This document shows positions 1-14,046 of a DNA stretch of 64,000 nucleotides, piece after piece. Within the stretch, counting starts at the first letter, position 1; every line of letters starts with the position of its first letter. The translations under genes and the position numbers were made by a program. This DNA is from Azolla caroliniana (lineage: Eukaryota; Plantae; Polypodiophyta), in NCBI GenBank assembly GCA_043228905.1, contig JBHGNT010000009.1, forward strand, positions 14,012,001-14,076,000, read 5' to 3'. The notes below the pieces were generated by a model. It saw nothing but the letters and a program-made list of their open reading frames with translations, was not told the origin of the DNA and searched no databases.

Positions 1-292
1 CACAGAATCTACAAGTCCTCACATATTTCCGCATACATATCGAACAACATATCCAACATGGTAAAGACAAAAATCTTGAACGAGGAGACTAGAATGAAGG
101 ACAAGAGTGTCTTGTCCTAGTGTTGTCGGGGTGGGGGGAGAAGCCTAGAATGGCTTCACCCCCCTCCCAAGGGGGTTAAGTTAGAGAGAGAGCAGGAGAG
201 AAAGACAAATAGGAAATGACACAAAATGAGAGGGGAAAAAACTATATCCATTACATGCCCCATAAGGGGTTTATATAATACATAATGTAACG

Positions 293-461
293 GTAAATAA
301 TATGTTCGTTACAAAAAGAGACCGTTACATTCTTGGCACATGCACATAATTGTGCATGTGCTCACACATACTCATCTTCACACATATACATTACACATAC
401 CGAACAACCCCTTTAACGTGTTTTACCCTTATACCGCCCCGTCCAACTCCTACGGGTAACA
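293..461. repeat. LTR-like repeat, copy 1 (copy 2 at 2887-3038)
   Basis: gtaaataatatg...cctacgggtaaca recurs at 2887-3038 and both copies end in AACA. Copy 1 is followed by tggcacacctgtggga (464-479), a possible Tat-type PBS. Orientation is not resolved. Confidence 0.6.
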
Positions 462-2318
462 CATGGCACACCTGTGGGATAGTGCATCGTACGGTGAGCC
501 CACTCGTCATGGCAACTATTAACGATCGGAACTCCATCGGTCGTCTCAACGGTCGGAAATCCATCGACCAGATCATAGCTCTACGATCGATAACTTCGAT
601 TGGAGCATTGCTTGACTCGAACCTCCTTGTTCAGTTATTATGTCGCTCAATTGGATCACACACCAATTGGCTCCTCCATTGCGGCATGGGCCTTTCATGA
701 TTCTGCTACATTTATGTGTATTTTTCGGTTTCGTCATGTGAATTGAGCTTTGTATTTTGTACACTTGGTCTCTAAAAAATTTACCCTCAAGTTTATTTTT
801 ATTTTTTTTTTCTCAAATTTTATTTTTGGCCCTTGAGTTTTCGAAATTCTGCATTCTGTCCTCCACTTTTTGAAATCTCACATCATGCCCTTGAGCTTTT
901 GAAATTTCATCTTCTCTGCCCTTATGTTTCTAAAATTTTATCTTCATACCCCTCTTCTCTTTCTTCGTTTCCTTCTCTCCTCTTTTCTTCTTTCTTTTCT
1001 TCTTCTGCGTTCTTCTCTTCTTCCGCTTTCTGTTTTCATCTCTGTTTGTGTCTTTGTGGCCGTCACTCGGCCCTTCTCTCGGTCACGTGTCTTGGCCGTA
1101 CTATCGAGCGCGCGTCTCAGCCATCCTCTCGGTCGTGCATCTCGGCCGTATTTTCGACCGCACCTCTCAGTCGCGCGTCTCGTCTTGGCCGTACTCTTGG
1201 CCACGGTCCCGACCATACTCTCGATTGCGCGTCTCGGCCGTGCCTCTTGGTCGCACTTCTCTGTCATTGTCGGCCATTGTCTGACCAATCGGCACTACAA
1301 TTCGGTCATTGTTTAGCCACCATTTGACCACTATCTGGCCACCACTTGGCCACTATTGGCTACTGCCCTTCGGCCATCAGCCGCCGCTATTCGGGCTTGT
1401 CCATTCGGGCGCTGTCTGACCACTACTCGGCCATTGTTTGGCCGTTGCTCGAATGGATGTAGCGACTTGAACTCTTGCTTCTCGCCACTGTGCTTCTTGA
1501 CTTCTTTTATGAAAAATCAAACTTCGAAGGTTTGCTAACAAAGCAACCATACTGAGCCTTAATAGTATCTATGCTGATGGAGAGAGTAGTGGCATTGTAC
1601 TCATCAATTTGATGGGATCAGCAGTGAGTATCTCCATAAATGCCTCTTCCTTTCTTTCCCTTTAAATTTGCTTCGTCATCATTGAGAAGGATCATATTCA
1701 CCACAACAAGCAACACAATCATATTCATTAGTACTAGTAATTCCATCTATGCTCTGAGAGAGACATGCTCCCATTTCTACTCCACTTTCGGATGATCAGA
1801 TCAGACTTCTGAGTGAAAGATTAATGTAGGACAAACCCCTTACGCAGAAATTGTAACTTATATTCCCGCCATCATACCGATCTGCTACTAGTGATGGCAG
1901 AGCTGTTGGTCCACATACCTCAATCTCCCCTATCCCACCAGAGGAGTTGTTGCTATATGGAGGAGGAGGGTATTTGATGATAGTGATGGTGATTATGGTG
2001 AAAATGATAACGTTGATGAAGAAGCCAAAACTTCCAAATATCCACAGAATTGTTCTCTTTCCTTTGCAGATAGTTGCTTTCTATAGAGAGAGAACAATAT
2101 AGCTACATCTAAGCACAGAAAGATTAGGGTTGCTTTCTTGAAATCAAAGTAAAGGTCAATTTGGAAAAAAGAAGAATGACATATTACAACACACAAAAGA
2201 TAGGGGGGGAAGAGGAAAAAGATAGTCATCTCACTAAATCTCTAGATCCCAATTCCCAACGCACATGAAGAACCTTTAATAAAACGGATCACCATACAGA
2301 GAGTTCATGCACAAAACC

Positions 2319-2775
2319 TATTAGAGATCTAGGTACTAAAGTAAGCTTAAGATAAGGATAAACAAATGATAGATAGAAAGGAGAAAGAGAAAGAAGGATG
2401 CCGATACACCCGACCACCCCCGAGCGAAGGGATCGAGACGGGCTCGAGCCTCGATCGGCGTCCCATACCACCGCCGTGGCGTCGAGTCGTACTTGGTGTT
2501 GGCGCGCTCGTTACAAGAGTTGACCCACCACAAGATCAGAGTCTCGATGTAGTCAAAAAAGATGATCAAATGAGGGTAGCTAGGCCTCTTATTTATAGCG
2601 AGATCCAAGGCCCCCAGGCAAGTTCACACTTGACCTAATGGGTTGTCTCAATCTCGAGGATTAAAAGTAATCCTCCCCTTCTTTACACTCTCGTTTAACC
2701 CTCACACTTATCCACGTGTATAGAATACTACGGTAAATTCTCACCACAGTATATTAAATGGTCATGCCCGTAACA
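2319..2775 (-). mobile_element. Solo LTR of the gypsy family at 7403-11323
   Basis: Reverse complement of the LTR at 7403-7857, flanked by 5-bp TSD AAACC (2314-2318 and 2776-2780). Confidence 0.9.
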
Positions 2776-2886
2776 AAACCACTCTCTCTAACACAGATAG
2801 TAACAACACACAACAAAGGAGAGAGAGAGAGATTAGTGATGGAGAGGAGCGCGAGGGAGGGAGATGTGACTTCTTCTCAAAGGAGG

Positions 2887-3038
2887 GTAAATAATATGTC
2901 CGTTACAAAAAGAGACCGTTACATTCCTGGCACATGCACATAATTGTGCATGTGCTCACACATATACATTACCCATACCGAGCAACCCCTTAACATGTTT
3001 TACCCTTATACCGCCCCGTACAACTCCTACGGGTAACA
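2887..3038. repeat. LTR-like repeat, copy 2
   Basis: Direct repeat of 293-461 with a short indel. Confidence 0.65.
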
Positions 3039-3044
3039 CCTAGT

Positions 3045-3562
3045 TAGAGTCAAATATGGCTCAACATCCCGGGAGAGGAAGGAACATACAAAGAAGTCCA
3101 CAAAGGAGGGACAAATCCCAAACCAGGTCCAAGTCCAAAGGTAAGCTCACATGTTTCTATTGTGGAAATCCTAGACACTTCCCGACAGATTGTCGACACC
3201 TCAAGAAGGACAAAGGTGCCTCAAAGGATGTCGAACCCAGACATATTTCTTAGGAGAAGGGCACATCAGCCATTGCTACAAATGAAGAGGAAATCTTGTT
3301 CATTTGTGAGTAGGCAAGTGAAGAGGGTACCTAGGCAATCGACTCATGTGCATCATTCCATATCACTCCCTCGAGAGAGTGTTTCTAGATTTACATAGCC
3401 GGAGATCATGGCTATTTGAAGATGGGAAATAATAGTGAGTGCAAGATAGTCGACATCAAAAATGTATGTCTCATGACGTCGATTGGTTGTCGGTTGATTC
3501 TGAAGGATGTCCAACATGTGCCTGATATCATGTTGAATCTGATATCAACTGGAAGGATGGAC
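3045..3562 (+). pseudogene. Ty1/copia (Tork/Tnt1-like) gag zinc-knuckle and protease remnant
   Basis: RSKSKGKLTCFYCGNPRHFPTDC knuckle, followed by ASFHITP, LKMGNNSECKIV and LKDVQHVPDIMLNLISTG-like peptides broken by stops. Confidence 0.8.
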
Positions 3563-6049
3563 AAATAATCTAGTGTACACTACATTTGCCAGTAGCCTAG
3601 GCATAATGCTACCTAGTGTCCGCAACGGGACAAAGGAAAGGGACTAGCACTCAACACGATCACTACAGAAATCCAACAAGTAACCACCCATAGCTAAGCG
3701 AAGGCATCCAATTGGGAGGTTGAGGACAAAATCTGCACAACCGCAAAATCATGGGTCGAAAAGGCAAATGAGGCAAACGTCAAATGCATGCAGCACAAAA
3801 GCGCAACCGAAGCGTTGATGTCAACAACGCGATTGCGAAGGAGGACCTGATTTGTCAAGCCCTGGCTGACTATCAAATAACAATGACCATGAATAAGCTC
3901 TTAAACGTAGTCCCCAGATTTCGGCAACCCATGGAAGTGCAAATGCGTAAGGCAGACACCTTAACTGTTCCAGCCAATATTACGAAATCTACAACATGGC
4001 GGACAGTGGTCAATCCCCCCAACCCTACCATTAAAATCATATTACAAGGGGAACAAATCTTGGCATGTGTTATTGATGGTGGCACCAAAGTCAATGTCAT
4101 CAACAAAGCTACCTACAATCGCCTCGGCATCGCAAATTGGGAAGCATGCCCATTCTGACTTCACATGGTGGACACGAGATCTGTCCGACTGTTAGGGTTG
4201 TTGCGAAAACTAGGAATCGTTGCAGGCAGACATACGATCAAAATATCGGCGGTAGTATTGGCTCTTGATGGTCCGAGAGCATACCCTCTACTTTTGGGAG
4301 GACCATGGCTGTACTCGGCGAACATAAAGCAAAATTGGCAATACAACAACATTAGCTTTTACCGAAGCTAAGCAAAAATTTAGGTGTCGACTCAAGAAAG
4401 TGTGCCAGCAACAAGAGAAATGACCCCACTATGTGCAGAGGAAATCAACATGCTACAGGGATTGGATGACGAGGAATTGGTTAACTATTTGGAAGAAAAC
4501 CCTCGAATTGTCCCCTTATTCGAAATCAACATAATCGAAACAGCTGGCGCATACACCACTCCTACGACAGCCGGTGTAGACGAATGTGAATCGGACACTG
4601 AAGCGCTCATGGAGCTCCGTAGGGCACATGACGTCTTCAAATGAGAGATGGAGATTTCCTGATGAGTCAAACATCAGCATTAGAAGAAATCAATGTCGGA
4701 ACCACCGAAGAACCACAACCACTCTCAATTGCGAAGGATTATCGCCTTCCGAAAAGATGACCATGATCGAACTGTTACGAGAGTACAAAGATGTGCTCAC
4801 ATGGTCACACGAAGATATAAAAAGGCTGGATCTGAAATTTTACTAGCACCATATCAACCTCTTGACAGACACAAAGCCAGTCCAACAACGTCGATATCGA
4901 ATGAACTCGAACTACGCGGTTCACATAAAAGAAGAAATAGACAATCTTTTAAAAATTGGATTCATTCATGTTGTAAAAAAGGAGACCTAGCTGAGTCCAA
5001 TCGTCAAAGTGCTGAAGATAAATAGAAAAATTCACGGATACGTCGACTATAGGAAATTGAATGCGGTTAGAGTAACCGACACATTTCCCTTACCATTCAC
5101 GAATGGGGTGTTGGACGTGGTGGCCAACCACGAAATTACAGTTTTTTAGACGACTTCAATGGCTACAACTAGATTCACATGCACCCGGACGACTAGGAGA
5201 AGAGCATGTTCGTAACAGACTTGGGTGTATTTGTAGCAGTCGTGATGATGTTCGGGCTCCACACCGCGCCGCCAACCTTTCAATGCATCATCACGGAGAT
5301 TTTCGGTGAATACATATCTGCCTTTATGCAGGTCTTTCTCAACGATTTCGCGGTGTATAGTGCATGAAGCGAACATCTTCGGCATTTGCGGTTATGTTTG
5401 GAACCTTATCGATCGGCGAGGCTCAACCTTAATCCGACCAAGTGTGCATTCAGCATCACAAATGCCACACTCCTCGGCCATATAGTAAGTAGTGAGGGCA
5501 TTGCAGTCGATTCGGGGAAAATTAAGGCGATCATTGAAGCACTGGCCCCGAAAAATGCAAAGGCCCTTGGTCGCATCCTTGGATAGATCCAATGGCATAG
5601 TCGGATGTTGTGCTACCTAGCCGATTTCGAGACACATCTACATGCAATAGTGCATCATTCACCATTCCAATGGAAGGGAATAGAGGACAAAGCATACATG
5701 GCTCTGAAGGTTATGCTAACACAAGCACTAGTTGTCCAACTGTCGTACTTGACGCGCCCGTTCCACGTGTGTGTCGACGCGTCGGACATCGCAATCAACA
5801 GTGCTCTCATGCAACTGGCTGAGCCGAACTAGTATTGGTTGTTCTATTATTCGAGCCGAAAACTTTCAACTGCCGAACGGAACTACTCCACTACCGAACA
5901 GGAAGCCCTAGGGATGATCTACAACATAAACAAATTTCGAGACTACCTACTGGGCCCGAAGTTCATGTTTCACATGGATCATGTGGCCCTCATGTACCTT
6001 GTCTCCAAACAGTTGCTCATGGGGAAGCTGGGTAGATGGATGTTGTTAC

Positions 6050-6561
6050 TGATGAGAAATGCGCGAAATATTGCTCGGCCACAACCGAGTAGTAAAACAC
6101 TTCTATAAGAATCAAACACAAAAATGGGAAGTGGAGAGTACACAAGAAAAATGACACAAGATGTTTACGTGGAAAACCCTAATAGGGAAAAACCACGGGA
6201 GCCCATAGACTCCAAACTATCACTATAAAAAGAAGGGGTACAATCAGAGACTCAGAGGCAAACGACCTCGAGCTCTGTTTCTTCGCACAATGGCAGTTAC
6301 AATAGAGTATCGCTTTGTATCTCTCTCTCTCTCCCTCTCTCTCTGTACAACAGTTACAACAATATGACAACAACACAATCACACACATAAAGTGATTGCC
6401 CTAAGTCATATTTATAGTTATATGAACTTAGGGCTATTTACAAATATAGCCTCAATGGGCTTATTCAAGACATATTTACAAATCTGTCTTCTCTTCCGGT
6501 TCTCACCGGGTCCTCTTTATTCATCACTGGATCCCATCTGGAGAGACTGATTTTCCCAATA
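6050..6561. mobile_element. Solo LTR inserted in the gypsy RNase H region
   Basis: TSD GTTAC (6045-6049 and 6562-6566). Removing the insert restores the peptide GRWMLLLQEFE. Confidence 0.9.
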
Positions 6562-7402
6562 GTTACTACAAGAGTTCGAATCCAAAATTTAGCATCGACC
6601 AGGAACGTAGCACGCTGTAACGGACTACATTAGCCGCAACAGAATATTACGAATTTCAGCGATAGAGGCCAAAGCGAACACGGTGCCGCTAGAAGACAAA
6701 TGGCTCGAAGAGATGAGTCATTTCTTAACCACCGGATTGCCTCCCCAACAGATGAGGACAGAAGAAAAGAAGCATTTGGCCGTTCGTAGCCAAAATTTTG
6801 TCTATTAGAGGGAACGCTCTACCACAAAGGCACTGACGGATTTGGCGTCCATGTGTTTGAAGTGAAGAAAAGGCGACGATATTGTAGGAAGCGCATTGTG
6901 GAATAGCCGGCGAACATTACGCTAGGGAGATGACAACTCAGAAAATCTGTTAGAGTGTCCTCTAGTGGCCAACGACACAGAAGGATGCGGAGAATTATTG
7001 TCGGTAGTGTAATCTCTGCCAGCCAACGGAACGTGCCCGCATGCCGCACCAACCAATGCTGCCCTTGGAACCTTTCAAGAAATGGGGCCTAGATTTCATC
7101 GGCCCTTTCACCACAACGGTGGCACATATAGGGAATCATTACATCTTCGTGACCACAGATTATTGTACAAAATGGGTGGAGGCAAAGGCACTTCGCGACA
7201 ACACAATGGTTTCAACGACGAAATTCTTGTACGAGAACATCTGGTGCCGTTTCGGTTTTCCCATAGAGCTGATTAGCGATCAGGGGGGGCATTTTATCAA
7301 CAAGGTTGTACGCGAATTAATAGAACATTACACAGTCGTACATAAGTAGAGTACCCTCTACTACCCCCAGGGAAATGGACTAGCGGAATTGACGAACAAA
7401 AT

Positions 7403-10400
7403 TGTTACGGGCATGACCATATAATATCCCGTGGTGAGAATTTATAGTAGTATTCTATACACGTAGATAAGTGTGAGGGTTAAACGAGAGTGTAAAGAAG
7501 GGGAGGATTACTTTTAATCCTCCGGATTGAGACAACCCATTAGGCTAAGTGTGAACTTGCCTGGGGGCCTTGGGTATCGCTATAAATATGAGGCCGAGCT
7601 ACCCTCATTTCATGATCTTTTGACTACGTCGAGACTCTGACATTGTGGTGGGTCAACTCTTGTAGCGAATGCGCCAGCACCAAGTACGACTCGACGCCAC
7701 GACGGTGGTATGGGACGCTGATCAAGGCTCGAGTCCGTCTTGAGCCCTTCGCTCGGGGGTGGTCGAGTGGATCAACACCCTTCTTTCTCTCTCACCTTTC
7801 TTATTTCTTGTATCTTTTATCCTTATCATATGCTTATGTTAGATCATAACTCTAATAGTTGGTATCAGAGCTCATGTTTCTAATGTTTCTTTGGTTGGTT
7901 TTTGTTTTCTTCTTGATTGATGGTGATTGATTGACGTGCGATCAACCTTGATCCAAATAAACATTCAATGGCTCATAATAACGACCCAATGTCATCCGCT
8001 CAAGCGGAAGGAACTCAAGGAAATCCTCCTAGACCAATCTCCATTGAGTCGTATTTCTTACAAATACAAATTTCCTTAGTTCAACCACTCGTCAGATGTC
8101 CGAACTTCAGCAATCTCAAAGTGCTCTCGAGGCATGTGTCATTAGTTTACAACGTGACACTAATAGATCCGATGAGTGTCAGGGTGAACCATCATCTGTC
8201 ATAAAGCCATTTACGAGAGAAAAACAGGAAAGAACTTTTGTTTTCTTCTTGATTGATGGTGATTGATTGACGTGCGATCAACCTTGATCCAAATAAACAT
8301 TCAATGGCTCATAATAACGACCCGATGTCATTCGCTCAAGCGGAAGGAACTCAAGGAAATCCTCCTAGACCAATCTCCATTGAGTCGTATTTCTTACAAA
8401 TACAAATTTCCTTAGTTCAACCACTCGTCAGATGTCCGAACTTCAGCAATCTCAAAGTGCTCTCGAGGCATGTGTCATTAGTTTACAACGTGACACTAAT
8501 AGATCTGATAGTGTCAGGGTGAACCATCATCTGTCATAAAGCCATTTACGAGAGAAAAATAGGAAAGAACCATAGAAGCAATCTGCATGTGGCTGGGCCG
8601 ATGGGAGTCTCATTTTGAGCTCTATCCCACACTAGATAGTACGAGGATTGCATATGTCTGATGAGAACTAGAGGGTAAGGCTGCTGCCTGGTCGCGTGGG
8701 CTCCGAACTTTGGGGAAATTGCCCAATACCTAGACACATTTTGTCACAGTTTTCAACGACTAATTTTTGCAACCTCCATCTCGAACCGAGGTAGCACAAG
8801 CATTAATGAACCTCTCTAGTCAGAAATTTTCTTCGCTAGAAGACTATGTCCACCATGCTAGAACCCAAATCCAAAAATCGGGTCTATGAGGGGACAATTG
8901 GTTGATAGTTGGTTTTGTCAATGGCCTCCCCAATTCGGATTATCATTGGATAGTGCACAATAAGGATCCGAAATCCTTCGAGGAGGCCGTTGAAATAGTT
9001 CTTCGCTATCAACGCACTTCAAAGAAGGACCATAACAAACCCAACAAAGCGCCCAAGACTAAGCAGTTGCAATTCACTGGGAAACACAAGACACCCAACG
9101 AATTCATGGATTGTGATTGTAAGCAACAACATCCTTTTTGCCTATGCTAAACATGTTCGCTTTGTTTTACAAACTTTGCGTGACAAGCAATTATACGCGA
9201 AGATCTCAAAATGTGAGTTCTTCAAGAAATCAATTACTTATCTCAAACATCTCATAACCAAACAAGGAGTTGAAATTGATCCTTCTCACATCGAGAAAAT
9301 CAAACTTTGGCCCACTCTTTGGAATATTCGAGAAGTTTGATCATTCCTTGGTTTTGTCAGGTTTTTGCAAAAATCCCTTCGTAATTACTCCCAATTGACG
9401 ACGTCGTTTACTGATCTTCTAAAAGGTCAAACGCATAAGTCTACAAAACCTATTGTGTGGAATGCTACACTAGACCTCACCTTTAAGAAACTCAAGGACT
9501 TGGTGTGCAAGGCTCCTTCACTTCTTTTACCTGATCCATCAAAACCTTTTGAAGTTGAAACCAATGCAAGCGATTATGTTATATGTGTTGTCTTATATCA
9601 AGATGGTAAACCAATAGCATTCGAGAGTAAAAAACTTGATTCTGCTCAATGTCGGTATATGGTTCAAGAAAAGGAATTATTTGCAATTATACATGCGCTC
9701 AAAACATGGCGCCATTATCTTTATGGAAATTGTTTTGTGGTAACTACGGACCAAGAGTCCTTGAAATATTTTTGTGACCAACAAGACTTGAAAGGTCATA
9801 AGGCACGATGGGCTGATCTCTTATGGGACTTTGATTTTTCCATACGATATCGTAAAGGTTCCATGAACGCTATCGTTGATGCACTAAGTCGCATCCATGA
9901 AGTTAACATTCTTAGCTTCATTTAAATAACATCAGATCTTTATGATCACCTTCGAGGAATGTATCCTGATGACAGTTATTTTGCGAAATACTGGGCAAGA
10001 GTTGAGTCTAGAACAGACACCACCACATCCTCGAAGGAATCCTTCCACATTGCTAACGGTCTGCTCTACCGTAATGGGAAGGTTTGTGTTCTAGATTTGC
10101 CTAAGGTCAAAAAGAGAATTCTTTTTGAACGCCATGATGCACCCTCAGTAGGGCACCCTGGAATACATCGTACACTCGTTCTCATCTCCACTCAATTCTA
10201 TTGGCCTAAGATGCGTCCTAACATACATAACTTTGTGACTAAATGTCACCAATGTCAGGTTAACAAAGCCGAGCGACTTAAAGCCGGAAGACTTTTACAT
10301 CCCTTGGACATTCCCAATAATAAGTGCGAAAGTATATCCATGGATTTTATTGTTAGCCTTCCTCGCACCCAAAAAGGCCATGATGCCATCTGGGTTGTGG

Positions 10401-11323
10401 CTGATAGACTAACTAAAATGGCCAAATTTATTGCTACTAGAACAACGGTAACAGCTCCTGAATTGGCTTACCAATTTGTTGACGAGTTATTTCATTTTTA
10501 TGGGTTACCGATGGATATCGTGAGTGATCGAGATCCAAAGTTTACAAGTGACTTTTGGATGCAAGTCTTTAAGAAGTTAGAAACTACATTGAGCATGAGC
10601 TCCACAGATCATCCTCAATCCGATGAATAGACAAAACGAGTAAATCAAATTATTGAGGACATGCTTCGAGAATACATTGGTGGAAAACCAACAAAATGGG
10701 AACGTTATCTCCCAATTGATGAGTTGCGAAGTACGCAAAACTTTCTTCGGGATATGCACAATATGTTGCATATTGCACAAGATAATATAAAAACTGCTCA
10801 AGATAGAGCGTGTTTTTACACCGATCATAATAGGCAACCTCGCGTACTCAACCCTAGATAGAAGGTATTTTTATGTGTACCTCACAATTCTAAGACATTG
10901 TCTACGGGTAAGTGCGCTAACCCCACAGTTTTGTGGACCTTTCCAAGTCATGAAACACATTGGTTCATCCAGTTTTTCATGTAAGTTGTCTAAAAGAACT
11001 TCTAGGTTCTAGCGACAATACAGTTACAACTGAAACTCTGGTTACTTCTGAAGTATTATCTTCTAAACCACATGTACTAGAAAGAATTCTTGATGTTAAA
11101 ACAAAAAATATTTGTACAAAAACAATCCGAGAATTTAAAATTAAATGGATGGATAAATCGATCAAAGATGCCACATGGGAACGTGAAAATACTCTTAGAA
11201 CTAACTTCCCTAACTTTCCATTGCAAGAGTGCAATGTTTTAAAGTGGATTACTTTTAATCCTCGGGATTGAGTCAACTCATTACGCCAAGTGTGAACTAG
11301 CTTGGGGGCCTTGGGTATCGCTA
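7403..11323 (+). mobile_element. Decayed chromovirus-type Ty3/gypsy element inserted in the host integrase
   Basis: 5' LTR 7403-7857; PBS tggtatcagagc (tRNA-iMet) 7860-7871; RT C-terminus/RNase H 9113-9925; INT 9959-10630 (H..GHPG..C..C, SMDFI, IVSDRD); chromodomain-like ERILD...FKIKW...DATWE near 11080-11220; 3' LTR fragment about 11245-11323. Confidence 0.88.
7900..8571 (+). repeat. 336-bp tandem duplication covering the gag start
   Basis: MAHNNDPMS ORFs start at 7968 and 8304 with near-identical sequence. Confidence 0.92.
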
Positions 11324-11329
11324 CAGAAG

Positions 11330-12072
11330 AGATGGTCGGAAAAGAAACCGTGTTGAATGAACTCAACGAAAAATATAATCAACAGCAGGAAGAATGGGAA
11401 TCAGCTAGGGAAACTTTGGAAAGACGGTGTTCAGAAATGGAAGTTGTGTCTGAAAAAAGGCGACTTGACTTGTTACTTGCGCAAAACAAGCTATTGCAGA
11501 TAGAAGGAGAAAATAATGCTCAAATTAATGATCTACGAAAAACATTGGCAGTAGCACAGTTTCAAGCAAGTATAACCGAAGAAAGAATTCGAGCTATCCT
11601 GAAACGCCATAAGCTTAACACCTTGAAAATGGTGAATGAGTCCATAGATAAGGGCTGGAAAACCTAGTCAGCACAAGTAGCCGAACTTCAACTGTTACGT
11701 GCCGACAGAGACAATAGGAAGGTTCACGGCCAAGGTTTCTTCAAAATGACAAAAGAGGCAATATCAACTATTCAGGAAGATATTGCTAAAGACTTGTATG
11801 AGATAGCGGCTTGCCACAGAGAAGAAGTAAGTCGAATTATGCAAGAATTCGACAAACACGATGTCGACACAGTTGTCCAGCTAGACAACCTTGAATCTGA
11901 AAGGGAAACAGAGAAACCAAGACCATCGACCGAAAATACACACAAGTTTATAGAATCCAAAGACAAAGATGAAGAAGACATGCAGCAACCTGAACCTTCA
12001 TTGTTCAATATTTTGCAGGATAAGGTGGAGGACGAATTAGACGAGGACCTTCCTTCGGAACAACAGGAGTAG
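11330..12072 (+). pseudogene. Coiled-coil/acidic extra ORF remnant between pol and the PPT of the outer gypsy element
   Basis: Two same-frame E/K/L-rich ORF pieces split by one stop at 11665-11667, ending about 70 bp before the PPT. Confidence 0.55.
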
Positions 12073-12610
12073 AAGGGGTACCATGGGTTCGCCAGGCAAG
12101 GCCCTGGCCCACGGGTATGCCAAGTGTTACCCGGACAAGTGGGGAAGCGTCAGAGTCAGAAATGTAGAAGGTTCAGAGTCGGAGTCGGAGTCAGATTGGT
12201 ATAGAGGTCAATGAGTCAACATTTTGTCGAAGTAAATTAAAACCAAAATTATAGTTAGTTAGAGATTTTGTAGTTCTTGCCATTTTTGGCAATATGTTTT
12301 CTTGATGAGAAAGTCCTTCCGGTTGCCTATAAAAGGATCCGAAGGCAGTGTAAAGAGCTATCGTTTTATTTAGTAATATAAAGTTAGTTTAGGAAATCTC
12401 TGTGTACTAAACACTCTGTCAATCTATTTCCTTTCCGTCATAACTTTATTACGTAAATAACGATCTCGATGTTTGTTTAACATCGATAAGTTTACAGCCA
12501 TTTTAGTATCTATTCGTCTAACCACAACTCATTGGTAGAACGTTCGGTGAGCAACGTTCGACTTATATTGTGTCGACAATAGTCGTTGTCGACTGAACAA
12601 CAATCGGGTT

Positions 12611-14046
12611 GGAGTCAGAGGTTGCAGTCGGTAGAGAGTACCATGATGCCAACTCATCAAACTCGACATCTCGGCTTACTCAGCCCTGCTTAGTCCGGGG
12701 GTTATAACACTTATACCCCTTCTGCTCATGCGCACTTCTCCGACTTCGGATCTAGCTTCTTCCGCTTCTCATCCGGTACATGCACATATGCTATGCTACC
12801 GAATATCCGAAGGTGCCTCAAATTTGGCTTGCGCCCAGCTCGCGTGCAGACACCGGTTTTGGATGTAGACGGTCGTCCGGATTGCTTCAACCCAGTAAAA
12901 TTTGGGCATGCTCTTTTCCTCCAACATTGCCCTCACCGCGTCGATAATCGATCGGTTCTTTCTTTCGGCCACACCGTTTTGTTCCAGTCTGTACCTGCAG
13001 CTGAATTCTCTCCGAATTCCCTTCTATTACAGATAACTATTGAATTGGCTGGAAAAGTATTCTTTTTTGCGATCCAACCGCAGGCACTTTTTCTTCCTCT
13101 CCGTTTCCCTTTTGACTAAGCTTTGAAGGTTCCGGAAACAGTTGAAGACTTCGCTTTTCTTCTCGATGAGGTAGATCCACGTGTGCCGACTATAGTCGTG
13201 GATGAAGGAGACAAAATACCAACTCCCGCCAACACTAACATTTTGTGCCGGTCCCCATAGCTCCGAATGGATTAAGTTGAGCTTGTTACGGCTCCAGTTT
13301 CGTTCGGTGGGGAATGGAAGCCGGTATTGCTTCCCGAGCTGGCAGGCTTCACAAAGTTGGGCCTTCCGGCCACTAAATTTCGTCAAAGATTAACACAACC
13401 TGTTTCAATTGCAGGTCTTGAAGCCTCTGGTAATTGGCGTGGCCGATCCGCTTGTGCCAAAGATCGATGTACGATTCAATCTCCTGTCCTTTGGCAAACA
13501 TGGCGGTGTCAACGTCATTAGTGTTGAGGATGAACATCCTCCCTTCTCTACGCCAGATCAGATACCCTTGCGCTCTAATACCATGTAAATGTAAACGTGC
13601 GGAAGTGTATTACAAACCGGCTCTACCAGATAGCAACAGTTAGAGAGAAAGGCTCACACACAGAGAATATGCACAGGAGAGACAGAGAAGGAGCAGAACA
13701 TAAACTCGATTAAAAAGTGACTATGTATCACTCTGTATATACAATATGCTTGACAACACTATTTATACAAGTCCTTGGAGGATTGACAGAAGTACCATGT
13801 ACTTCGATGCTCATACGAGCGATTAACACTAACTACGAGGACTCTCACTACCTAGTAGTCTAGACGCGTGTAGGCTACTACTAGCCTTCCGGTTCACATT
13901 TGAATCTGGCTCCCTGATCCATCGCTCTGATCCGGCTCCTGGTTCTGTATACCGATCCGGATAGCATCCGGTTCTTCATCCCAGATACTGATCCGGCTCA
14001 GGCTTACCCAACCAATCCGGATTTGGTTGACCTTGCTCGCTCAACA
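12611..14046 (-). mobile_element. Internally deleted copia fragment with 5' LTR (family of 20687-26532)
   Basis: LTR 13584-14046 (TGT...ACA), PBS gctctaatacca 13572-13583, then directly INT pieces (CEACQLGKQ, WGPAQN, FIHDYSR); gag and protease are missing. Confidence 0.85.

Larger units (their letters stand above)
3566..12610 (+). mobile_element. Decayed non-chromoviral Ty3/gypsy element (Athila/Tat group), host of two nested insertions
   Basis: Order PR (CVIDGGTKVNVI), RT (VDYRKLN; LNPTKCAF), RNase H (VCVDASDIA; YSSRKLSTAERNYSTTEQEAL), INT (KWGLDFIGP; KWVEAKAL; LISDQGGHF), with many stops and frameshifts. PPT agtggggaag near 12139 and a 3' LTR-like tract about 12149-12610 with TATAAAA near 12328. 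Confidence 0.8.

Noticed and set aside
833-1538. Overlapping R/S-rich ORFs
   Set aside because: Low-complexity tcggcc-rich degenerate repeats, probably a retroelement leader; no recognisable domain.
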